Shown here: piece after piece, positions 29,806 to 39,696 of the stretch
Layout of the letters: every line of letters begins with the position of its first letter
Position numbering within the stretch: position 1 is the stretch's first letter
NCBI GenBank assembly: GCA_964291405.2
Contig: OZ219926.1
Location: forward strand, 4,096,001 to 4,160,000
Direction: 5' to 3'
DNA length: 64,000 bases
From: Thermodesulfobacteriota bacterium
Lineage (GTDB): Bacteria > Desulfobacterota > Binatia > Bin18
Made by a program: the position numbers and the translations under genes
The notes under the pieces: generated by a model
Seen by the model: only the letters and a program-made list of their open reading frames with translations
The model's database searches: none
Told to the model about the DNA's origin: nothing

Positions 29806-31064
29806 AGCGGCATCCTTGCGTCCTGACGCGCCTGCTCAATACCGGTCTCGGGTTGCAGCCGTTCGTCGAGCGGCTTGCACCACCAGCGATTGTCATCCTT
29901 CCACTCCGGCCACATATCGCGCAGGTGGGGCATGACCTGTTCGGCAAACAGCTTGGTCGAGTAGCGGGTTTTCCAGTCGGGCATATTGCCGATATGGATC
30001 AGGCAGAAGATATGTCCCACGCGCAGAGACTTAATGAGGTCTTCCATGCGTTCGCGAACCGTGGCCGGGCTGCCGGCAATGATATAGCCCTCGTCAACCA
30101 GTTCCTTCCAGGTCAGGTTCGGAAACAGGCTTTGCATCTCCTCGCTCAAAGCGTTGAGCACATCGGCCTTGATGGTCTTAATCGTACGATAGCCCGGCGC
30201 GTCGGCAAAACCGCCGTGGACGTGTAAGCAGCGGTTATAGAAATAGTTGACGTGCTCGGCGTACATCTCTTCGGCCTGCTGGTCCGTATCGGCAACACAA
30301 ATGGTCTGGGCAAAGGCCGCCCGGTAGGGGGATTCGTCTTTGCCGCGGGCGGCCACGCGATCCCAATAGCCGTCCAGCAATTTTTTCCCGCGCAGATAAC
30401 CGGTGAAGGACAGGTAGGAGTAGTTGTAGTCGTTATCCAGGCAGAAATCCCAGGTTTCGACCGAACCGCCGCCGGGGATATAGATCGGCGGATTCGGCTT
30501 TTGAATCGGCTTGGGCCACAGGTTGACATAGCGCAGTTGGTTGTATTTACCGTCAAAGGCAAACGGCTCGTCCTCGTGCCAGGCCCGCATGACCAACTCG
30601 TGCGCTTCGGCATATTTATCGCGGGTCAGACCGGGAATCTGGCCGTAGCAATAATTGGTGTCCATCGAAGTCCCGACCGGAAAGCCGGCCAGCAGGCGAC
30701 CGCCGGAAATGACGTCCAGCATGGCAAATTCTTCGGCAACCCGAAGCGGCGGGTTGTATAGGGCCAGTGAGTTGCCGATCACCGCCAGTGCGGCCTGGGA
30801 CGTGCGCCGGGCCAGACCGGCGGCAATGATATTTGGAGAGGGCATCAGGCCGTAGCCGTTCTGGTGATGCTCGTTGACGCCGATGCCATCATAGCCGAGC
30901 GAGTCGGCGTATTCGAGTTGATCCATATACTCGTGGTAGACAAAGTGACCCTTGTTGGGGTCATACAGCGTGTTGGGAATATCCACCCATACGGAGTGGT
31001 GTTTTTCGCGAAAATTATCCGGCAGGGTCGGCCACGGCATAAGGTTAAACCACGTGAATTTCAT
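29802..31064 (-). CDS. LLM-class flavin-dependent oxidoreductase
   Basis: GVNEHHQ, PLRVAEEFAMLDVISGGRL, WPKPIQKPNPP. Confidence 0.9.
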   Translation of the reverse strand: MKFTWFNLMPWPTLPDNFREKHHSVWVDIPNTLYDPNKGHFVYHEYMDQLEYADSLGYDGIGVNEHHQNGYGLMPSPNIIAAGLARRTSQAALAVIGNSLALYNPPLRVAEEFAMLDVISGGRLLAGFPVGTSMDTNYCYGQIPGLTRDKYAEAHELVMRAWHEDEPFAFDGKYNQLRYVNLWPKPIQKPNPPIYIPGGGSVETWDFCLDNDYNYSYLSFTGYLRGKKLLDGYWDRVAARGKDESPYRAAFAQTICVADTDQQAEEMYAEHVNYFYNRCLHVHGGFADAPGYRTIKTIKADVLNALSEEMQSLFPNLTWKELVDEGYIIAGSPATVRERMEDLIKSLRVGHIFCLIHIGNMPDWKTRYSTKLFAEQVMPHLRDMWPEWKDDNRWWCKPLDERLQPETGIEQARQDARMPL

Positions 31065-31158
31065 TGCTTCCTCCGTTTCGTAGGCGGTGTGTTTCCGACA
31101 GTTTCCTTTCCCGAATCTAGCCGACCTTGGCGGATAATTCTAGGCCGAACGTCTTCCC

Positions 31159-33339
31159 CTACGCCGCTTGTACCTTCCGTGGAGCGGTCAGTGTCTCCAC
31201 CACATTATGCATCAAACGCAGACCCAGATCTTCTTGAAGCGTCAAGATGGACTCCGGATGAAACTGCACTGCGGCGATGGGCAGGTCGGCATGCTCAACC
31301 GCCATGACAACGCCATCGTCGCTCTCGGCGGTGACGCACAGGCAGGCGGGCAGGCTGTCCTGCAGGGCAAACAGCGAGTGGTAACGCGCCGCCCGAAACG
31401 CTCCGGGGAGATTGTCGTACAGCCCGTGCCTATTGAGGACGTGAATGCGGGACGGTTTGCCGTGCATTGGGTAGGAGAGCGTTGCGAGTTTGCCACCAAA
31501 GTACTCGACAATCCCCTGGAGGCCCAGACACACGCCAAAGATCGGCAGGTGTCGTTTCAGGATAGCGTTGAGCGTCTCCGAGAGGTTGAAATCTCCAGGT
31601 TCCCCCGGACCAGGCGAGAGGACAACCAAGTCGGGACGGTAGGTATCAAATTCGCGCTCGGGAAAACCGGTCCGCAGGGTGAGGACCTCGGCTCCGGTTT
31701 GGCGCAAATAATTGGCCAGGGTATGGACAAAGGAATCCTGATGGTCGATCAGCAGAATTTTCTTATTCCGGCCAACAGGGGCTAAAGGCATACCTTTTTC
31801 TAGAGTAAAGCCACGCGGGCGGCGGATAGCGTCGAGAAAAGCGGAGGCTTTGATGTGGGTTTCTTCCTCCTCCGCCTGCGGGTCGGAGTCGTAGAGCAGG
31901 GTGGCGCCGGCCCGGACTTGGGCCACTCCGTCTTTCAGACGAATAGTCCGCAGCGTCAGGCCGGTATTCAGGCTGCCGTTAAACCCAATCAGACCCACCG
32001 CGCCACCGTACCAGGCGCGGGGCGATTTTTCGTGGTCCTCAATAAACTGCATGGCCCAGGCTTTGGGAGCGCCGGTGACGGTCACGGCCCAGGTGTGGGC
32101 CAAAAAGGCGTCGAGCGCGTCAAACTCTTCTCTGAGATAGCCCTCCACATGATCAACGGTATGGATCAGCCGGGAGTATATTTCGATTTGACGCCGCCCA
32201 ATTACGCGGACGCTGCCCGGCTCACAAATGCGAGACTTGTCATTGCGGTCCACGTCCGTGCACATGGTCAGCTCGGACTCGTCTTTCTTTGAGGTCAGCA
32301 GTTCAAGAATCCGGTCGGCATCGGTGATCGCGTCCTGCCCGCGGGCAATGGTGCCCGATATGGGGCAGGTCTCGACACGCCTGCCTTCAACCCGAACGTA
32401 CATCTCGGGCGAGGCCCCCACCAAGTATTCGTCCTGTCCGAGGTTGATAAGAAAGCCGTACGGCGACGGGTTGCGTTCCCGGAGGCGTCGGAACAGTTCC
32501 GCGGGCGAGGCCGTGCAGCCTTCAAAAAACGTTTGTCCGGGCACCACCTCAAACAGGTCTCCCTTTTTGAAGGCCTCTTTGGCCACGGTGACCCCCGTGG
32601 CATACTCCCCCGGCTCGTGGTCGCAGCCTTGGTCCACCTGGGGGTTTCCCTGATACGCCTGGCTTTTGCCGGTGCGGGGTATGCCATGCGTCGAGTGTCC
32701 GTCTACTTCAAATTCATAGCTGCGTCGCATCGCCCGCTCGCGTCGATGGTCAACCACGATCAGTTCGTCAGGGAGATAGAGTACCAGATCGCGCTGATCG
32801 GCCGGACGTTCCAAACGCAGCCGTATCGGCTCAAACTGAAAGGCGAGGTCGTAACCAAACGCACCATACAGGCCCAGATGAGGCTCCGCGGTGCTATAAA
32901 AGAGCTGCACCAGCACGCGCAGCACGGAAAAAAGCGACGCTTGCTGACTGCGCTGCTCCTCCGGGAAACGCTCACGCGTTGGTGTGACAGAGCCAATCAG
33001 GTCCTGCCCCTGGACCTCCAACGAGGTGACGGCGGAGAGCTGCTCGACCCCTGCGGTGATGGCCGGTAAGAGCAGGGCGCCGCGCTCGTTCAGGGCTGAC
33101 ACACAAAAATTCAAACCACGCCCTCCGATCGCCAGAGGCGGGTTGATAAAGCCCATATCCCAGCGGGTGTAGCGTCCGGGATATTCATAGCTTGAGGCAA
33201 ACAGGGCCCCCCGCTGGCTGTCGAGCGCGTCCAGAACGGGCTCGATGGTGTCTGCCGCAGGCAGGTCGTCAATCACTCGATGAACGGTGATCCCTCCACG
33301 GGTATGGTAATGGTCTGTGTGTTGGAGCAGGGATGTCAT
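31159..33339 (-). CDS. trpE: Fused anthranilate synthase component I/II, TrpE(G)
   Basis: SSYEYPGRY, GASPE, CPISGT, ELTMCTDVDRND; C-terminal GATase DHQDSF, SPGPG, GVCLG, QFHPES; Trp attenuator upstream. Confidence 0.93.
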   Translation of the reverse strand: MTSLLQHTDHYHTRGGITVHRVIDDLPAADTIEPVLDALDSQRGALFASSYEYPGRYTRWDMGFINPPLAIGGRGLNFCVSALNERGALLLPAITAGVEQLSAVTSLEVQGQDLIGSVTPTRERFPEEQRSQQASLFSVLRVLVQLFYSTAEPHLGLYGAFGYDLAFQFEPIRLRLERPADQRDLVLYLPDELIVVDHRRERAMRRSYEFEVDGHSTHGIPRTGKSQAYQGNPQVDQGCDHEPGEYATGVTVAKEAFKKGDLFEVVPGQTFFEGCTASPAELFRRLRERNPSPYGFLINLGQDEYLVGASPEMYVRVEGRRVETCPISGTIARGQDAITDADRILELLTSKKDESELTMCTDVDRNDKSRICEPGSVRVIGRRQIEIYSRLIHTVDHVEGYLREEFDALDAFLAHTWAVTVTGAPKAWAMQFIEDHEKSPRAWYGGAVGLIGFNGSLNTGLTLRTIRLKDGVAQVRAGATLLYDSDPQAEEEETHIKASAFLDAIRRPRGFTLEKGMPLAPVGRNKKILLIDHQDSFVHTLANYLRQTGAEVLTLRTGFPEREFDTYRPDLVVLSPGPGEPGDFNLSETLNAILKRHLPIFGVCLGLQGIVEYFGGKLATLSYPMHGKPSRIHVLNRHGLYDNLPGAFRAARYHSLFALQDSLPACLCVTAESDDGVVMAVEHADLPIAAVQFHPESILTLQEDLGLRLMHNVVETLTAPRKVQAA

Positions 33340-33381
33340 ACTGGCCTCACTATCCTCCGTTAATGGAGCCGGGCCTATACG

Positions 33382-33415
33382 AAAAAGGCCGCAACCTTGG
33401 GAGAGGCGGCGGCCT
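33382..33415 (-). terminator. Second terminator-like hairpin of the trp leader
   Basis: mRNA AGGCCGC...GCGGCCU followed by a U-run. Confidence 0.55.
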
Positions 33416-33417
33416 AG

Positions 33418-33453
33418 CAAAAGAAGAGCCGCCTCTCAGCGAAAAGGCGGCTC
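33418..33453 (-). terminator. trp attenuator terminator
   Basis: mRNA GAGCCGCCU...AGGCGGCUC followed by UUCUUUU, 17 nt after the leader stop. Confidence 0.75.
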
Positions 33454-33470
33454 CGATTTCAGTCGTTATC

Positions 33471-33551
33471 CTACGTCCGGGCCACCTCCTCAGGCAGCCA
33501 CCACCAATTCCGGCTATGCTGGAATAGATAATGGTTCGGACGACTCATCAT
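33471..33551 (-). CDS. trpL: trp leader peptide MMSRPNHYLFQHSRNWWWLPEEVART
   Basis: Three consecutive TGG codons in a short ORF upstream of trpE(G); TATAAT at 33566-33561 with a TTGTCT -35 box. Confidence 0.85.
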   Translation of the reverse strand: MMSRPNHYLFQHSRNWWWLPEEVART

Positions 33552-33648
33552 AGATGAATCATTATACCTGGCGCGAACAAAAAGACAATTGCTCCTGAGA
33601 GCACTGGGTTATGAGACGTTTGCGCGCACGTTGTGGAAGGTCTAGGAC

Positions 33649-34226
33649 GTGAGTGAGAGGCAAACTATGACCGGGAGCCAAGTCTACCTTCGACCGCTGA
33701 CAGGCGAGGATGCGGCAGCCTTTGTGCCGTGGATCAACGATGCTGAGGTGACCCGCACCCTGGCCGTCGGAGCGGCGGTCATGGACAGACAAGCGGAGCA
33801 GACCTGGATTGAGAAGACGAATGCCAGTGGGCATGATGTGCTCTTCGGCATTGTCGTTCAGGGACCGACCAGCTTATAGGTTCGATCGGGCTAAATCAGA
33901 TCGACTTTCGACACCAGAGCGCCAGTCTGGGCATGATGATTGGCGAGAAAAGTATGTGGGGCAAAGGGTATGGAACGGAGGCGACAAGGCTGGTGGTGCG
34001 CTATGCTTTCGAAGAACTCCATTTGAATCGAGTCCAACTCCACGTGTACGAATATAATCTGCGCGGAATTCGCGTATACGAAAAAGTCGGTTTCCGGTGG
34101 GAAGGCGTGCTGCGACAGGAGCATGTGTACGCCGGTCATTTTTGGGACACGGTCGTCATGGCGATTCTGCGCGAGGAATGGGAGAAAGGACCAGCTTTGC
34201 CTGCGTCCGAGTCGAGCAAAACCTAA
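33649..34226 (+). pseudogene. RimJ/RimL-type GNAT acetyltransferase, frameshifted (pseudogene or read error)
   Basis: ORFs 33649-33879 and 33933-34226 join if one G is added at the GGG at 33861-33863, restoring VQGTDQLIGSIGLNQIDFRHQSASLG; WGKGYGTEA motif. Confidence 0.75.
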
Positions 34227-34229
34227 AAA

Positions 34230-34331
34230 ATCCCCTCCTCGGAAGGGTGGCCGAATGCCGGAATGGGTTCCCCTAGTTAGCCAGACAAAACCCACCCCGC
34301 CGCTCGCGCGGCACCCCTCCCAAGAGGGGAT
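34230..34331. repeat. Inverted pair of REP-like elements
   Basis: 34230-34269 is the approximate reverse complement of 34289-34331; both match 14669-14710. Confidence 0.65.
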
Positions 34332-34343
34332 ATGTAATGAGTA

Positions 34344-34883
34344 ATGCGCAACCCCTTCCGTATAGGCACAGACGTCTATCTCCGCCCGCTGGAGCCTGAG
34401 GATGTTCCCAGCCTGACCGACTGGACAACTCAGCCAGCAATACGGACTGCGTTAGACCTCTTTTACCGTCTCCTGGACCAGTCCGCCGTAGAGCTGTTTC
34501 TGGAACGCACCAAAAGTGACGCACACGATATTGCTCTTGGTATTGTCGCGCAGGAAACGGATAGCTTGATCGGCTTCATTGGTCTCAATTGCATTGACCA
34601 GGAAAATAGTCACGTCCAATTAGGATTTTTTCTCGGCAAGCAGAAGACAGACGGCGAGCGCTGTCTGTCTGAAGCCGTCGACCTGATGACACGCCATGTG
34701 TTTAAAGTCCTCGGTATGAACCGTCTGTGGCTGTACGTGGATGCCGCGGAAGTCCAGACCATCAACCTGCTGGAACAGCAGGACTTTGCCCATGAAGCAA
34801 CCCTGCGACAGGACCGCTGTCTGAACGGACGATATGCCGACACGGTCGTGATGGGGCAATTAAAGGGAGATGGGAGAGCCTAA
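34344..34883 (+). CDS. RimJ/RimL-type GNAT family protein (diverged tandem paralog)
   Basis: VYLRPLEPED, LIGFIGL, LGMNRLWL, EATLRQD; the acetyl-CoA loop looks degenerate. Confidence 0.7.
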   Translation: MRNPFRIGTDVYLRPLEPEDVPSLTDWTTQPAIRTALDLFYRLLDQSAVELFLERTKSDAHDIALGIVAQETDSLIGFIGLNCIDQENSHVQLGFFLGKQKTDGERCLSEAVDLMTRHVFKVLGMNRLWLYVDAAEVQTINLLEQQDFAHEATLRQDRCLNGRYADTVVMGQLKGDGRA

Positions 34884-34923
34884 CGTATAGGAGCAAGCTT
34901 CCCGCCCAGTATGTTTCGTCCTT

Positions 34924-36114
34924 TTATCCCTTCGGCAACCCCAACACCCGCTCACCCATGATATTCTTCTGAATCTCGCTCGTTCCGCCGGCAATCGTGT
35001 ACTGCCGGGCGCTGAGAACACGGTTAAACCAGCGCGGGGCGTCGGGGACGACGTCGGTCGCCTGCTCGGCAATGGCTGCACCGGCGAGGAGTTCGCTGGC
35101 AAACGTGGCAATATCGATACCCAACTCCGAGCCGCACAGCTTCAGCATGGAGCCTTCCGGGCCTGGGGGCAAACCCTTGAGCAGCTTGGTCAGGCCGCGT
35201 AAGCGGGTGTATTTCAGGGCCTGGCTTTCAATGTGAAATTGGGTCAGCTTCTGCCGTACCCAGGACTGTTCCCAGGCCGGGCTTCCGTCGACGTGAACCT
35301 GTTGGGACAGTTCCACCAAACGTCCAATCTGGTCGTCATAATTTGCGACTCCGGCATAGGCGCGCTCGAACATTAACGTCGTCATGGCGACCTTCCAGCC
35401 CTGATTGAGCGGGCCAACCAGGTTGGCTTTGGGCACACGTACATCCTCAAAAAACACTTCGTTGAAATGCGAATGGCCGTTCATCAGGACCAAGGGCCGA
35501 ACCGTCACGCCGGGGGTTTTCATATTGACCAGTATATAGCTGATGCCACGATGTTTGGGCGCGTCCGGGTCGGTCCGGACCAGCATGAAAATCCAGTCCG
35601 CGTACTGCGCGCCCGAGGTCCAGACCTTCTGGCCGTTAATGATGAAATCGTCTCCCTCGGCCACGGCCTTGGTTTGCAGGCCGGCCAGGTCCGAACCCGC
35701 GCCGGGCTCGGAATACCCCTGACACCAGACATCATCGCCGTTCAGTATCCGCTTGAGGAAGCGTCCCTTTTGTTCATCCGTGCCCCAGTGCATGAGCGTC
35801 GGACCGCACAGGGCAATGCCGGAGTAGCCGGGTAAGACCGGCGCGTGGGCGTTGGTGTATTCTTCGTCAAAAATGACCTGTTCCAGCAGACCGGCGCCGC
35901 GTCCGCCGTATTCTTTGGGCCAGGCAATACCGACCCAGCCGCTGGCGTACATGGTGCGCTGCCAGATACGGCGTTTTTCAAACGTTTCCCGGTCCGGGGC
36001 AACCCGCTCGTCTTTAGGGTCGTCGACACACAGAGCGGGGTCCAAATTCGTGGCCAACCAGCCGCGGACTTCAGCCCGAAGGGCGTCCTGTTCAGGCGTG
36101 TATTGAAAATCCAT
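34924..36114 (-). CDS. Acyl-CoA dehydrogenase family protein
   Basis: WCQGYSEPGAGSDLA, NGQKVWTS, FNEVFFEDVRVP, TIAGGTSEIQKN. Confidence 0.92.
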   Translation of the reverse strand: MDFQYTPEQDALRAEVRGWLATNLDPALCVDDPKDERVAPDRETFEKRRIWQRTMYASGWVGIAWPKEYGGRGAGLLEQVIFDEEYTNAHAPVLPGYSGIALCGPTLMHWGTDEQKGRFLKRILNGDDVWCQGYSEPGAGSDLAGLQTKAVAEGDDFIINGQKVWTSGAQYADWIFMLVRTDPDAPKHRGISYILVNMKTPGVTVRPLVLMNGHSHFNEVFFEDVRVPKANLVGPLNQGWKVAMTTLMFERAYAGVANYDDQIGRLVELSQQVHVDGSPAWEQSWVRQKLTQFHIESQALKYTRLRGLTKLLKGLPPGPEGSMLKLCGSELGIDIATFASELLAGAAIAEQATDVVPDAPRWFNRVLSARQYTIAGGTSEIQKNIMGERVLGLPKG

Positions 36115-36147
36115 ATGCGTTCCCTCTTCGTTTTGTACTGAGGCCGT

Positions 36148-37188
36148 TTACGCTAGCGTCTTGAGGGCGGGCAAGACTTCTTCGCCCAGCCGTTGGATGC
36201 ATTCGATGATCTGCTCCGGCTTGGGCCCCATGGGTACCCGGCAGCGCAGCACGAAATGCTCGACTCCGAGTTCTTTTTGCCACAGGTCGAGGTGTTCGAG
36301 CCAGTCGTCTTTTGTGCCCATCACCAGATAGGGGCGGACTTTATCTAGGGTGAAATCCGCTTCTGAGCGGAAATCTTTGGTCGGCGTGAGCATGCCCATA
36401 CGCAGATAAAACTTGCACTCCTCAAGCCAGAGCCGGCCAAACGTCTCTTCGGCTTCTTCCATGCTGGAGGCCAGCCAGCCGTCCCGGAGTAGTGCCACAT
36501 GCGGCGTTTTCCCGGCCTTGATTGCCGCCTCCTGATAGATTTCCAGTTGGCCTTTGAGAGTATCAAAGGTGTCAAAAAACGGCGCCATCGACCAGACATC
36601 GCCCAAGCGCCCGGCCCGCGCGATGGACTTCGGGCCAAACGCGCCTATCCAAATGGGAGGGCGGGGTTTCTGGTAGGGTTTGGGCGTAATGTGGATCGCG
36701 TCGTAATCGTAATACCGGCCGTGGTGGGCAAGCGGCCCCGGTGTGGTCCAGGCCTTGTGCATGATGTCGAGACACTCTTCAAAGCGGCCCTCGCGTTGCC
36801 GAATCGATACGCCAAAATGGTTGAAGTAATCAATATGATAGCCCACGCCCACGCCCATGATGAGACGACCACGTGACAGAACATCAATCATGGCGGCCTG
36901 CTCGGCCAGATGGACCGGGTGATACAGGGGTGGCATGATGACGTAGGAGCCGATCTTGACACGCTCGGTGCGGGCGGCCAGCGCGGCCATGAGCGTCAGG
37001 GTCGAGGGAAACATGCATTCCGTGCGGGCGTGTCGTTCGGGCACAAACAGGGCGTCAAAGCCGGCCTGTTCTGCCTGCTCGGCCTCGTGCAGCAACTGCT
37101 GGGCAAAATCGGCCGAACGCTCCGGGTCGGGTTCTGGCTGTTGATACGGGCCACCGTGGGTATCGGGAACATAGCCGACCGAAATCAT
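36148..37188 (-). CDS. LLM-class flavin-dependent oxidoreductase
   Basis: VPERH, HPVHLAEQAAMIDVLSRGRL, PKPYQKPRPPIW. Confidence 0.9.
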   Translation of the reverse strand: MISVGYVPDTHGGPYQQPEPDPERSADFAQQLLHEAEQAEQAGFDALFVPERHARTECMFPSTLTLMAALAARTERVKIGSYVIMPPLYHPVHLAEQAAMIDVLSRGRLIMGVGVGYHIDYFNHFGVSIRQREGRFEECLDIMHKAWTTPGPLAHHGRYYDYDAIHITPKPYQKPRPPIWIGAFGPKSIARAGRLGDVWSMAPFFDTFDTLKGQLEIYQEAAIKAGKTPHVALLRDGWLASSMEEAEETFGRLWLEECKFYLRMGMLTPTKDFRSEADFTLDKVRPYLVMGTKDDWLEHLDLWQKELGVEHFVLRCRVPMGPKPEQIIECIQRLGEEVLPALKTLA

Positions 37189-37359
37189 GCTGCCTCCTTA
37201 TGCCGTTCCGCCGCATTCGATGGAACGCTCAACTTTTATACGCGCTTGGTCTGGCAGACTCAATGCAAAGGGATTGGCTTGACCGGTGACAGTGGTGTCC
37301 AATAGGTAAGGGAAGGGCAGTGCGTATACACGTAGCATCTACCAAGGAAAGGGCGAGGT

Positions 37360-38031
37360 ATGATCAAACTCATGTCATTTTTTAAGCGGAAACCGGGCAT
37401 GTCGGTCGAAGCCTTCCAGGAGTACTGGCGGATGAAACACGCCGACGTGGTCGTCAAGCTGCCGGGCATTCAGCGCTATGTGCAGTCGCATACGCTGCTG
37501 TCCGGCTACCGCAAGGGAGAGCCGGTCTACGATGGCGTAGCCGAGGTGTGGGTCGAGGACACCCAGGTGCTGCGGGCCCAGGCCGATACGCCGGAATACG
37601 CCGCGGTTCGGGCTGACGAGCCGAATTTCATCGACCTCTCAACCATGGGCAGCATTATCACCCAGGAGCATACGATTAAGGCTGAGAGTGTCCCGGCCAA
37701 CGCGGTCAAGAATATGGAGTTTGTCACCCATCGGGCCGACCTGTCGATTGAGGCGTTTCAGCAGCACTGGCGGGAAGTCCACGGCCCGCTCGGTGCGGCC
37801 ATTCCGGTGGTCAGACGCTATGTGCAGAGCCATACCCGACTCTCCGCGTATCGGGCCGGAAAAACGCCCATCTATGACGGGGTGGCCATTACCTGGTTTG
37901 CTGACACGCAGGCTATGCGGACCTCAGCAAGTTTGCCCGAATACACGGCCACCCGGGCGGATGAAGCCAATTTCATTGATGGCACCAAACTGCCGTTTAT
38001 CATTACCCGCGAACACGTCATCGTAGGATAA
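37360..38031 (+). CDS. Tandem EthD-domain protein
   Basis: Two repeats of EAFQxxWRxxH...RYVQSHT...YDGVA...RADExNFID. Confidence 0.85.
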   Translation: MIKLMSFFKRKPGMSVEAFQEYWRMKHADVVVKLPGIQRYVQSHTLLSGYRKGEPVYDGVAEVWVEDTQVLRAQADTPEYAAVRADEPNFIDLSTMGSIITQEHTIKAESVPANAVKNMEFVTHRADLSIEAFQQHWREVHGPLGAAIPVVRRYVQSHTRLSAYRAGKTPIYDGVAITWFADTQAMRTSASLPEYTATRADEANFIDGTKLPFIITREHVIVG

Positions 38032-38061
38032 GGGTGACATCGCAGGACCGATTTTTCACAG

Positions 38062-39303
38062 TTAGGGGGAGGCGCTGGTTTTTTGCTGTTTTTGGAGGGT
38101 AACCAGGGAGGCGAGTTTGCCAACGGGCGGCAGACCCCGGATGATCCGCCCGTTCACCACTAGGGTGGGCGTGGCTTCGATCTCAAGGCGGAGGGCCTCG
38201 TCAATATCGTTCTTGACCAGCGCCTCAGTACGCCCGTCATCCATACACGCGTTGAACTGCTCGAAATCCAATCGAGCGGTCCTGGCATGGGCGTCAAAGT
38301 CGGTCCGCTTGAATTTGGTTTGATCCGCAAACAAGAGGTCGGCATACTCCCAGAATTTTCCCTGTTCCGCCGCGCACTCGGCAGCCATTGACGCCGCACA
38401 AGCACCCGGATGAACTTGGCTCTTCATGCCGGTGTTACACTGCTGGTCAAGCGGATAGTGCCGAAACACGATGCGGACATCATCCGGGTTGGCATGCTGA
38501 AATTTCAGCAGAGTGTCTCGGGCTCTGGCACATTGTGGACAGCGGAAATCAACGAACTCGTGAATGGTGAGCACGGCGCCCGCGGGGCCCTCGACGTGCC
38601 GTTCCGACCCACGCAGCACGACGGCGGGCTGGTCGTAGTAATAGCGCACAAAACCCATGTCCATCTCTGCTGGAGGAGGCGCGAGATATTCCTGAAGGGG
38701 GGTGACGTGTGCGGCGTCCTCTGTCTGGGTCAGCCCGATGCCCAACAACACGACGGAAAAGCCCAGCGCGGCGTAAGCAAGCCGAGGGAGGGTCATCGTA
38801 TGGTCTGCCCGCCCCTGCACAACGGCACTCACGAAGAGGCCCAGGTTCACCAGATACAGAGCGGTACATAGGGGACAGACCGCTCCTATCGTGAAGAATG
38901 AAATCGCCGCCATATACAGCGAGAAGACAAACATCCAGCCACACAGCAGGGCGGTCAGCCCAGGCACTGCCAGGAACGTGCTAGCGAGGAGGATCGCATA
39001 GCTACCAGCGGCCAGGACGGCAACAGGAACCCCAAAGAGGGTGGCATAGGCGCTGCTCAAGACCAGGCTACAGTTGACCGTGGTCCCGGTGCCGCAAAAA
39101 GCCGATTCAATACTACCGCTTGCCCCCGCCTGATAGTGGAGGACCGAGAGGTAGACTCCGAGGACAAGGCCGAGCGCTCCAAAGACACGTATGGCGAGCG
39201 GTGGCCAACTGGGAGTGGAGCGTTCGGCGTGACGCGTTGTCTGTAAGGCCGGGTCGTGTGTGGCTGCCTTACGGCGGGCAGCTTTTGCTTTCTTTGCTGA
39301 CAT
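38062..39303 (-). CDS. VKOR - DsbA/thioredoxin fusion
   Basis: VKOR FC-x7-NC and CPLC with TM helices; DsbA EFVDFRCPQC, FRHYPL, TPTLVVNGR. Confidence 0.88.
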   Translation of the reverse strand: MSAKKAKAARRKAATHDPALQTTRHAERSTPSWPPLAIRVFGALGLVLGVYLSVLHYQAGASGSIESAFCGTGTTVNCSLVLSSAYATLFGVPVAVLAAGSYAILLASTFLAVPGLTALLCGWMFVFSLYMAAISFFTIGAVCPLCTALYLVNLGLFVSAVVQGRADHTMTLPRLAYAALGFSVVLLGIGLTQTEDAAHVTPLQEYLAPPPAEMDMGFVRYYYDQPAVVLRGSERHVEGPAGAVLTIHEFVDFRCPQCARARDTLLKFQHANPDDVRIVFRHYPLDQQCNTGMKSQVHPGACAASMAAECAAEQGKFWEYADLLFADQTKFKRTDFDAHARTARLDFEQFNACMDDGRTEALVKNDIDEALRLEIEATPTLVVNGRIIRGLPPVGKLASLVTLQKQQKTSASP

Positions 39304-39419
39304 GGGCTGAAGCATTACCACACCCCTTTCTGAATCGCCAATAGGGGCAGGGTTGCCTTGCGCGACATGGGGAAAGCGGGTAGGGAGCGAACAGATCGCT
39401 GTGCGGAAAGGGAACGGGT

Positions 39420-39668
39420 ATGGAGACGGATGATCTTGGCTGGATTCCCCGCTCTGTTCGAGACAAGCTCGACCACGTCGGCATCAAACTCCATTTAAAG
39501 GAATGGCAGGCCTTCCCCCTGGAGGACCGTCAGGCATTGTGCGCTTTGTCCTACCAGACGGCGGTTGAAAAAAAGGCGTTCCTGGAACGCCTTGATGCCT
39601 TAGCCCTACAGCACTGCGGAGCGCTGCCGCGACGGCTGTCTCCAGACAGATTGGGTGGGAAAGACTAG
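39420..39668 (+). CDS. Nitrate reductase-associated (NarM-like) small protein
   Basis: WIPRSVRDKLDHVGIKLHLKEWQ resembles the IPMxVRxKLDxxGIKLxLxxW family signature. Confidence 0.6.
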   Translation: METDDLGWIPRSVRDKLDHVGIKLHLKEWQAFPLEDRQALCALSYQTAVEKKAFLERLDALALQHCGALPRRLSPDRLGGKD

Positions 39669-39696
39669 GGGCGACCGGCAAGTCACTCCCTATGGA

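Noticed and set aside
37360-38031. Internal direct repeat in the EthD gene
   Set aside because: Explained by an ordinary tandem two-domain EthD architecture.
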